A stretch of 32,000 bases of DNA from Candidatus Methanophagaceae archaeon (GTDB taxonomy: Archaea > Halobacteriota > Syntropharchaeia > Alkanophagales > Methanospirareceae). Shown here piece after piece: positions 25,118 through 32,000 of the stretch (position 1 is the first letter of the stretch; every line of letters begins with the position of its first letter). The stretch lies in NCBI GenBank assembly GCA_003194425.1, contig PQXB01000001.1, positions 36,843 through 68,842 of the forward strand. The letters run 5' to 3'. The notes under the pieces are model-generated. The model ran no database searches. It was given only the letters and a program-made list of their open reading frames with translations, and had not been told where the DNA came from. The translations under genes and the position numbers were made by a program.

Positions 25118-28077
25118 TTTAAAGATTCTCTTGTCGTCTGCAAGCCAGTAAAAATCGCTTCTTCCGCTTTCTCCACTCGCTCGCCGCCGCCCTGTGCGAG
25201 CGTTGCTGTCCCCCCGCCACCGCCTCCGAGAACCCCGCAGACTCGGTTTACCAAGACCGAAGCATTTACCTTCTCCTTTAAACCCGCAGGGACAGAGGAG
25301 ACGACCGAAGCCCGACCCCCACTTGACCCCACCAAAATCGTAACGAAACCGCCGTCCTCAGAGGCAGAGAGCTGAGAAGCGATCTTCAGCAGCTCCTTCG
25401 CGTCCGCGCCAGGCAGCACCTCGGCAACCACTTTCACACCGCACACCTCCCTTACCCGCCCCTTCAACCGCTCAAGTTCCAAGTCCGCGATCTCGGCTCG
25501 CAACCGCTCGTTCTCCTTCTTCAGCCGTTTCCAGTCCTCAAAGAACCGTTCAACCGTAGCAGGAAGCTTCTCGGACGGGACTTTCAACACGGACGCAGAT
25601 TTCCTCACCAGTTCTTCCAGAGCCTGCACCTCTTCGACCGCCGCTGCACCTGCCGAGAACTCGATTCTCGCAATGCCGTCCTGAATCCGCTCGGTTCGCA
25701 ATATTTTTATCGGACCGACCTCGCCAGTCCTTGAGCAGTGCGTTCCTGCACAGGCTTGCACGTCCTCGTCCTCGTCCTCTTTCTCCTTTCCCCCGTCCGC
25801 GGAGATTCGGACGATTCTTATTCGTTCGCCTGGCGGAACGCCGCCCTGATAAATTTGGAATCCGTATTTCTGCTCCGCTTCGTTCCTCTCCAAAAAACTT
25901 GCTTTTATTTCCTTGTTCTCCATCACCAGCCGGTTCGCAAGCACCTCAATCTCGCGTCGCTCGGCGTCAGAAATCCGTTTGAAGTGCGTGATGTCAATTC
26001 GCGCTCGCTTCTCGCCTTTCTGCGCACCCGCCTGCCAGACGTGCCCGCCCAGCACCTTCCTCGCCGCCCAGACGACAATGTGCGTTGCCGAGTGGTGTCT
26101 TGTGTGTGCAGCTCGCCGCTCTGCGTCTACGCGACCCAAGACTGCTGCACCTTTGCTCGTTTCGCTTGCTCCACCTTCTCCGATTTTATGAAGAACCACG
26201 CCCTCCGCTTCCTGAACGTCCAGCACTCTAAATCGCCTGTCTTTCAGTGTCCTGTCTTTCAGCGTCAGCGTTAAGAACCCAGTGTCAGCAGGCTGACCGC
26301 CGCCTTCGGGGTAAAAGAGCGTCCTGTCCAAGACCACGAAATCGCCAAACGCGTCCAAGACTGTGGCTTCAAACTCGGTCGCTGACGGCTTCTCGTAAAA
26401 CAACTTCGCCGTCTTCGGAAGTGCCTCCCTCCTCTCCGTCTCTCTCTCCGTCTCCGTCTCTCTCTCCGTCTCCCTCTCCGTCTCTCTCTCCGTCTCTCTC
26501 TCTCTCTCCCTCTCCCTCTTCCGCAACCGCTCTGCAACCGGCTCTGCCTCTTCCTCGTCCTTCCCTTTCCTCTCCTCCTCGCTGTGCATTCTCGCAACCA
26601 AAGAATAAAAATCTTCAGGAACCTCTACTTTCACCCCCCCGCCATTTTTCATTTCAGAGACCACCTCTTTCACAAACTCCGGCGGTAGCCCCTGCGTGTC
26701 GTACAAATTAATCAGTTTCTCAAGCGGAATTTCTCGCTTGCCCTCTTGCTCGACCCTCGTGAGTTGTTTCACGATTCGCTCGCCTTTCAAGAGCGTCTCG
26801 TCGAACCTCCTCTTCTCTAACGGCACGATTTCAAAAATTCTCTCCACGAAATTCTCCAACTCCGGAAAAGAGTTCTTGAGCGTTTTTATCTGCAGCAGCA
26901 CTACCTCCTCCAGCGGCATTTCGGTCTCAATTCCCAACAATTTCAGCATTCTAAAAGCCCGTCGCAAGACCAGCCTCGCAAGGTAGCCTTCCTTCGCGTT
27001 TGACGGCACGACACCGTCAGCGAGCATAAAAGCCAGGCATTTTGCGTGGTCTGCGACTGCGTAAACCGTCTCAATCGGCGCTAATATTTTGCTGAATTCT
27101 TCAGGTGAGACACCCAGCCTCTCGGCTCGCTCTCGCCGTCCCAACGCCCCGCACAACCTCGCATTCTGCAGAACAACCTCTGGGTGCGTCTCCAACGGGT
27201 GCTCAATTCCCGCAGCGTTCGTCAGCTCCGCCACTACCTCTGGGAAAACGGCGTCGTAGACCGTCGGCGTGCCTTTAGACGCCCACACGAACCGTTCCAG
27301 CCCGTAGCCGGTGTCCACGATGTAAGTGTCCATTTTCTCGTACGACTGCCCCTTCAGGTTTATTTCGCCTTCCCCTCGAGGCGTGTGAAGAGGAGCAAGT
27401 TTGAGGTTCATAAAAACGAGCGTAGCAAGTTCCAACCCGTTCGTGAGGACTTCAAGGCAGGGTCCCGCGTTCCCTCCGCCAACCCACGGCGCTTCCTTGT
27501 AGGTCACGCTCTCCTTCGGCACGCCGAGTTGCTGCAGAAAATCGTCGCAGTACCGCACCGTCTCCTCCTTCCAGTAAATCTCTTCGGACCGCGAGCGCGA
27601 GTGTGAGCGTGAGTTAAAGGCGTGGTGTCCCATCATTTCAAAAGCGGTTAAGTGGCGACCCGTCTTCCCGATTGACTCGAGGTCTTCAAGTCGGATGCAG
27701 GGCTGGGAAATGACGAGCGGGTTCGCAGGCGGCGGGACTTTCCCAGAGGTTACAAACGGCTGGAAGTTCGCGATCGAGGCGATGTTTAGGTAAATGTCGT
27801 CCCGCCAGCGTGCCACCACCGGGTACCGCTTCAGCCTCGTGTGCTTGTGCGGGCAGTGCTCGAAGAAAGACAGGAACGCCTCCCGCACTTCTTCCACGTT
27901 CTGCTCTTTGAAAATCGGGTTACCGATGAACGAGTAAAACTCGCAGGGTGCGTCGCCGCAGGTGCTTCTCTCCGTGTTGCGAGTCCAGAAGTGCGAGCCG
28001 CATTTTTCGCACCTCTTCCGCACGAACCCGTTCTCCTTGAAAAATTTTAGGTTGTACTCTTGGTCTTGGCTCGCCAT
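25105..28077 (-). CDS. alaS: Alanine--tRNA ligase, archaeal type, 990 aa with several low-complexity insertions
   Basis: N-terminal FFKENGFVRKRCEKCGSHFWT. FQPFVTSGKVPPPANPLVISQPCIRLEDL, VDTGYGLERF. Editing-domain HxxxH-type motif HSATHIV. C-terminal DHHA1-like GGGGGTATLAQGGG. Confidence 0.95.
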   Translation of the reverse strand: MASQDQEYNLKFFKENGFVRKRCEKCGSHFWTRNTERSTCGDAPCEFYSFIGNPIFKEQNVEEVREAFLSFFEHCPHKHTRLKRYPVVARWRDDIYLNIASIANFQPFVTSGKVPPPANPLVISQPCIRLEDLESIGKTGRHLTAFEMMGHHAFNSRSHSRSRSEEIYWKEETVRYCDDFLQQLGVPKESVTYKEAPWVGGGNAGPCLEVLTNGLELATLVFMNLKLAPLHTPRGEGEINLKGQSYEKMDTYIVDTGYGLERFVWASKGTPTVYDAVFPEVVAELTNAAGIEHPLETHPEVVLQNARLCGALGRRERAERLGVSPEEFSKILAPIETVYAVADHAKCLAFMLADGVVPSNAKEGYLARLVLRRAFRMLKLLGIETEMPLEEVVLLQIKTLKNSFPELENFVERIFEIVPLEKRRFDETLLKGERIVKQLTRVEQEGKREIPLEKLINLYDTQGLPPEFVKEVVSEMKNGGGVKVEVPEDFYSLVARMHSEEERKGKDEEEAEPVAERLRKRERERERETERETERETERETETERETERREALPKTAKLFYEKPSATEFEATVLDAFGDFVVLDRTLFYPEGGGQPADTGFLTLTLKDRTLKDRRFRVLDVQEAEGVVLHKIGEGGASETSKGAAVLGRVDAERRAAHTRHHSATHIVVWAARKVLGGHVWQAGAQKGEKRARIDITHFKRISDAERREIEVLANRLVMENKEIKASFLERNEAEQKYGFQIYQGGVPPGERIRIVRISADGGKEKEDEDEDVQACAGTHCSRTGEVGPIKILRTERIQDGIARIEFSAGAAAVEEVQALEELVRKSASVLKVPSEKLPATVERFFEDWKRLKKENERLRAEIADLELERLKGRVREVCGVKVVAEVLPGADAKELLKIASQLSASEDGGFVTILVGSSGGRASVVSSVPAGLKEKVNASVLVNRVCGVLGGGGGGTATLAQGGGERVEKAEEAIFTGLQTTRESLKCLK
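26426..26523 (-). repeat. 12-bp repeat encoding RKRERERERETERETERETERETETERETERRE in alaS
   Basis: The plus strand is a ctc/tct/cgt pyrimidine run, so the sense strand is purine-rich. It lies in the linker before the editing domain (upstream of LFYEKPSATEFEATVLD). Confidence 0.9.
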
Positions 28078-28210
28078 TTTGTTTTAGGATAAAAATGAGG
28101 AGAACTTAAAGTTTCTTTTTTTTGTTCTTGAGCACTTCTTCTACAACTGCGACGCTAAAGACCGCCACGCCTGAAATTTAGACTCTTTACCGGTACCAAA
28201 GAAGTTAAGG

Positions 28211-29266
28211 TCACCTCGAAAACTCGACAAACTCCTTCAACTTCGCTGCCGCCCGTCCTTCCTCCAAAACCCCACGAGCGACCTCAAAACCATCTTCTAA
28301 GCTCCCTGCCTCGTCAGCAGCGAAAATAGCCGCCGCCGCGTTCAGCAAAACAACAGCCCGCCTCGCTCCTTCTTCTCCTCCTTCTTCTTCTCCTGCTTCG
28401 GTGCCGGTGTCGGTGCCGCTGCCGCTCAAAACCGCCTGCAAAATTCTTGCACTCTCTTCCCGCGAGCCACCTGCAATCTCGCTCGGCGACGCAACCTGCA
28501 GACCAAAATCCTCTGGTTTTATGAAGTAGGAGGTTATTTCACCTTTTTCCGCTTCCAGCTGCGAGACCTTCGTCTTCCCGCAGACCGAGACCTCGTCCAG
28601 CCCCGGCTCGCCGTGCACCACCAACGCCTTCCGCAGTCCCAAAATCCGAAGCACCTTCGCCACCTTCTCGGTGAGTGCGGGGTCGTAAACGCCGACGAGT
28701 TGGTGCGTCGCGTTCGCGGGGTTCGTGAGTGGGCCCAGAATATTGAAGACGGTCCGCAACCCCAACCCACGCCTTACCGGCACCACATTCTTCATCGCCC
28801 GGTGGTGCAGCGGTGCGAACATAAACCCAATCCCAACCTTCTCGATGCACTCCTCAATCCTGCGAGGCGGTAAATTCAAATTCACGCCCAACTCCTCCAA
28901 AACGTCCGCACTGCCGCACTTTGAGGTTACCGACCTGTTTCCGTGCTTCGCGACTGGGACCACGCAGGCAGTGACGAAAGCCGCGGTGGTAGAAATGTTG
29001 AAGGTTTTTGTCGCGTCGCCACCTGTCCCGCAGACATCCACGCTCTTCTCCACCTTCGGGTTTATTTTTAACGCGAGGTCTCGCATAACTCTTGCGAACG
29101 CTGCAATTTCCTCCTCGGTCTCGCCCTTCATCCGCAAAGCAGTCAAGAAAGCAGCGGTCTGAATCTCACCTGCCTCTCCGCTCATCATCGCCCGCATCGC
29201 CGCTTCCGCCTCTTCTGCTGTCAGGTTCTCCTGCTCCGCAACCTTGCTGAGATAATTTTCAAGCAT
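28211..29266 (-). CDS. trpD: Anthranilate phosphoribosyltransferase
   Basis: FLTALRMKGETEEEI, DVCGTGGDATKTFNISTTAAFV, VAKHGNRSVTSKCGSADVLEELGV. Insertion SGSGTDTGTEAGEEEGGEEG at 28366-28428. No other trp genes are in the window. Confidence 0.88.
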   Translation of the reverse strand: MLENYLSKVAEQENLTAEEAEAAMRAMMSGEAGEIQTAAFLTALRMKGETEEEIAAFARVMRDLALKINPKVEKSVDVCGTGGDATKTFNISTTAAFVTACVVPVAKHGNRSVTSKCGSADVLEELGVNLNLPPRRIEECIEKVGIGFMFAPLHHRAMKNVVPVRRGLGLRTVFNILGPLTNPANATHQLVGVYDPALTEKVAKVLRILGLRKALVVHGEPGLDEVSVCGKTKVSQLEAEKGEITSYFIKPEDFGLQVASPSEIAGGSREESARILQAVLSGSGTDTGTEAGEEEGGEEGARRAVVLLNAAAAIFAADEAGSLEDGFEVARGVLEEGRAAAKLKEFVEFSR

Positions 29267-29282
29267 GATAGACCAGATTATA

Positions 29283-29334
29283 AATAAAGGAATAAATAAA
29301 AAAATAAAAAAAGGGGATAAAAAAGAACTCCCCT
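29283..29334 (-). terminator. Hairpin plus oligo-T terminator downstream of the beta-helix protein gene
   Basis: Stem 29312-29317 / 29329-29334 (aggggа-type 6 bp, 11-nt loop). On the minus strand it is followed by tttttttt atttttttatttatt. A TATA-like ctttatttataat for trpD follows. Confidence 0.55.
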
Positions 29335-29387
29335 CAAAATTTTTTTATGGTCCTTTATTCCCTGTTTTCTGCTGGTAGTCTCCTTCC

Positions 29388-32000
29388 CTAAACCTTCTCT
29401 CCGGGCAACTCTGCTCTCTCAACGGTCTTCTTTATCTCTTTTGCAATCTCTTTGGGTAGTACTGACGGTGTTTCAGGTGCTGTTTCGCCTTCGCCAGTGT
29501 ATTTCCAATCCGCAGTGTCTTCGCTGATGGTTTTATACGGCGGTGTCGTCTCCAGTAGTCCAACACGCCAGGTTGCGTTAAATCCTGCCGAGCCCCAGTT
29601 TCCTACTGGAATTGGAATGTCGTACGACTGGTCAAAGTTCGGCGGTAGCGTTAGCTGCGTAGTCATTATAGGGGTCCAGTAGCCGTAATCCGGCAGTCCG
29701 AAGTACCAAACGAAATAACTATCCACGCTAGTTGCGGTTGGGTTCTTGAAGCCAATGTTGACGGTCATCGTATCGCCTGCTTTGTAGCTCGTTTTGTCTG
29801 TAGATATTGAGATTGTTGGCTTACCTGTTGGCGGCAAAGTCTCGGCTGTCTCATTTACCCATGTTGTGTTTATGTTTCCACTCGTGTCAACCGTGTGCGT
29901 GCCTATTTCATACCAGGTATCTGGAGTAAGTCCATAGGAATTGTAGTAGGGCGCTGATGTGTTCGTTCGCCAAGTTCCGTCTAAATACACCGTCACGTGG
30001 CTGAAATCGGCATCTGCGGGGTTCGTCCACGTCCAATTGATCCAGGTCTGTCCAATGGTACTTTGCAGGTTCGTGATGCTTGCTGGTGGTGTGAGGTCAG
30101 TTATCCAACCGCTCTCGCTCTGGAACGGGTAGTGGTCAATGCTGTCCGCGTCTATTTTGTAAGGTTGCGAGCCGTTTGACGGATTTCCCGTGCATTCGTG
30201 GTCAGCCCAGTAGTTCCCGCCTGTTTCTGCACCTTCGTCCCAGAGATTTGATTTGTCGTCCTTTGCCTGCTTCTCGGTGTTGTTTATGAAGTTGTTGTGG
30301 AATATTTTGTTGCTACTGCACTTGTCGCCCAGGTGAGTGCCGACTTTGTTCTGACTTATCGTGTTCTCTTCCACCTTGTTGTATTTGCAGTAGGATTTGT
30401 CTCCGCTACCGTATATTTTTATTCCGTTCCCAGTGTTCGAGTTTATCGTGTTTGAGCGGATTTTGTTGCTGTTCTGGTAGCACCCTCTGGGATCACTGTA
30501 GCCGTGTTCATAGCCGTAGATGAGGATTCCATTACCTGTGTTTGATTCTATTTCATTGCCCTCTATCCTGTTTTCATTGCAATTCGTCGTCGGACGACGA
30601 TCCACACCTTCCGCGTACAGGTATATTCCTTGTCCGGTGTTCATCTTTATCTCGTTGTCGTTCATCCGGTTCTTGTTGAAGTTGCTGCTTCCTCTTTCAT
30701 ATTTGTATATTTTAGCGTAGATTCCTGTTCCCTTGTTCGAGTTTATCGTGTTTCCTTCTATCTGGTTCTCGTTGAAACTGCTGCTGACATCGTAGTTGTC
30801 GCTCTTGACGTGGATGTGAATTCCAATCCCTTCGTTTGAGTTGATGCTGTTGTTCGTGATGCGGTTCTCGTTGCTGTTCCCCTGATAAACGTAGATGTAG
30901 ATTCCTTTACCGTTTGAACTCAGTGTATTATTCTCTACCGTGTTCTTGTTGCTCGTTCCTCCGCTTGTGGTATAAAAATAGAAGCCGTTGCCTTTATTTG
31001 AAGAGATTTCGTTGCCTGTTATTTCACCGTAAGTGCTGTCTTTCAGGTATAGCCCGTTCTTCTTGTTCGCATTCAATTTGTTTTTACTTATCGTGCTCCT
31101 ATCCATATTCAGCATAGAGATTCCGTATTGGTTGTTGCAAGCGGAATTGTTCGTAATCTCGCCGTACTTGAAACCATCTGCGTAAATGCCGTAGGTATTG
31201 TATAACTCGAGGAAGTCGTCGGTTGAGAGGTCGTTGTTCGTTATTGTGATGCCATTTCCTGATGAGACGCGGACACCAGAACCGCTGTTCTTGAGTGTGC
31301 AATTCCTCACTGTTATGAATTGAGAATCCGCAATAACGACCTTTCCGAGGTTACTCACTCTCGGTTTCGTTAGCACGAGGTTCTCCAGGATTATTGGCGT
31401 GACCGAGCCGTCTGCTTTGTAGAAGTGATAAATCTGCTCGCCGTTCACGATGTTGTCCTGCGAAATCCAGTTCCTCGCATTTTCTATATACAGCCCGTAG
31501 TAATTGTCAATCTCGCTCTTCACGGTGTTGGTCTTCAGATTGTTGTCCTCGCAGTTCGCATCCATGTAGATTCCATACCCTTTCTCTGCTTTTATGTTGT
31601 TTGAACTTATCTCGTTCTCTTTGCTGTTGTACAGGTATAGTCCTCCATTCTTATCCGCTTTTATCTCGTTTGAATTAATCTCGTTCTCTTCGCTGTCGTA
31701 TATGTGTATCCCGCCGTCTACTCTACTCATCGAGATGTTAGAGACGGTGCAGAATTTCGACGAAGACATATAGACGCCTTTTTCACTGTATTTCAGCGTG
31801 CAGTTCCTCACTATTATGTATCTCGAATCCCATATCGTCATCTTCGCTATGTTTATCACATTCGGCTTCGTAAGCACCAAGTTCTCAACGATTACTGGCT
31901 CCTCCTCGTATGCCTGCACCTTGTAGAAGTGGTATATCGGCTCTCCGTTCACGGTGTTGTCTGAAGTTATGTAATGCTCTGCGCGGTTCAGCCAGATACC
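29388..32000 (-). CDS. Large secreted/surface protein: tandem right-handed parallel beta-helix (PbH1/NosD-like) modules, an Fn3-like domain and an Ig-like C-terminal domain; 5' end runs off the right window edge
   Basis: About 22-aa repeats of the type NxIxxNxxxGIYL. NosD-type cap GGNYWADHECTGNPSNGSQPYKIDADSIDHYPF. Fn3-like WINWTWTNPADADFSHVTVYLDGTWRTNTS...DTSGNINTTWVNETAET. The frame stays open from 31953 to 32000 (GIWLNRAEHYITSDNTV), so the GTG at 31952 is internal. Confidence 0.8.
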   Translation of the reverse strand, partial: GIWLNRAEHYITSDNTVNGEPIYHFYKVQAYEEEPVIVENLVLTKPNVINIAKMTIWDSRYIIVRNCTLKYSEKGVYMSSSKFCTVSNISMSRVDGGIHIYDSEENEINSNEIKADKNGGLYLYNSKENEISSNNIKAEKGYGIYMDANCEDNNLKTNTVKSEIDNYYGLYIENARNWISQDNIVNGEQIYHFYKADGSVTPIILENLVLTKPRVSNLGKVVIADSQFITVRNCTLKNSGSGVRVSSGNGITITNNDLSTDDFLELYNTYGIYADGFKYGEITNNSACNNQYGISMLNMDRSTISKNKLNANKKNGLYLKDSTYGEITGNEISSNKGNGFYFYTTSGGTSNKNTVENNTLSSNGKGIYIYVYQGNSNENRITNNSINSNEGIGIHIHVKSDNYDVSSSFNENQIEGNTINSNKGTGIYAKIYKYERGSSNFNKNRMNDNEIKMNTGQGIYLYAEGVDRRPTTNCNENRIEGNEIESNTGNGILIYGYEHGYSDPRGCYQNSNKIRSNTINSNTGNGIKIYGSGDKSYCKYNKVEENTISQNKVGTHLGDKCSSNKIFHNNFINNTEKQAKDDKSNLWDEGAETGGNYWADHECTGNPSNGSQPYKIDADSIDHYPFQSESGWITDLTPPASITNLQSTIGQTWINWTWTNPADADFSHVTVYLDGTWRTNTSAPYYNSYGLTPDTWYEIGTHTVDTSGNINTTWVNETAETLPPTGKPTISISTDKTSYKAGDTMTVNIGFKNPTATSVDSYFVWYFGLPDYGYWTPIMTTQLTLPPNFDQSYDIPIPVGNWGSAGFNATWRVGLLETTPPYKTISEDTADWKYTGEGETAPETPSVLPKEIAKEIKKTVERAELPGEKV

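Noticed and set aside
28078-28210. 133-bp alaS-trpD spacer screened for a C/D-box or other small RNA.
   Set aside because: There are no RUGAUGA/CUGA box pairs or stable terminal stem on either strand. It is better explained as the trpD terminator (T-run) plus the alaS promoter.
29388-32000. Lower GC of the beta-helix gene as evidence for a horizontally acquired island.
   Set aside because: By eye, codon choices (AAC over AAT, TAC over TAT, ATA for Ile, AGA/AGG for Arg) resemble the neighbours. The AT shift is largely explained by the N/I/Y/K/T/S-rich composition typical of extracellular proteins. It is not excluded, but the sequence alone does not support it.

Overview
The window is archaeal chromosome and is almost fully coding. 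It carries the conserved transcription/translation cluster rpoH-rpoB-rpoA'-rpoA''-rpl30e-nusA-rps12-rps7, with rpoB unsplit. On the left are an intein-containing PEP synthase (minus strand, runs off the left edge, absent from the ORF track), a CinA/PncC-like gene and tRNA-Lys(UUU). On the right are a TRAM-domain protein, Taw3, a seven-gene Mrp/Mbh-type membrane module (F-G-E-MbhD-MbhE-B-C), an A24 prepilin peptidase, a PNPOx-like protein and SppA. After these come a minus-strand alaS-MTase-trkA string with overlapping start/stop codons, a solitary trpD, and a large secreted parallel-beta-helix protein that runs off the right edge. I saw no CRISPR array, transposon, prophage or recognisable defence island. 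The unusual signal is distributed across the window. More than 20 in-frame, low-complexity tandem-repeat insertions sit inside essential housekeeping genes: both largest RNA polymerase subunits, RpoA'', L30e, AlaRS, PpsA, SppA, TrpD, Mrp subunits, and even inside the two inteins. Unit lengths are 6 to 27 bp, always multiples of 3, and almost always purine-rich on the sense strand. Related homopurine repeat arrays lie in the spacers, and one 24-bp array runs straight through the rpoA' stop codon. Two large LAGLIDADG inteins (PpsA 538 aa, RpoA' 535 aa) are also present. The lineage cannot be named from sequence alone. All functional calls rest on motifs I recognised by eye, not on searches.
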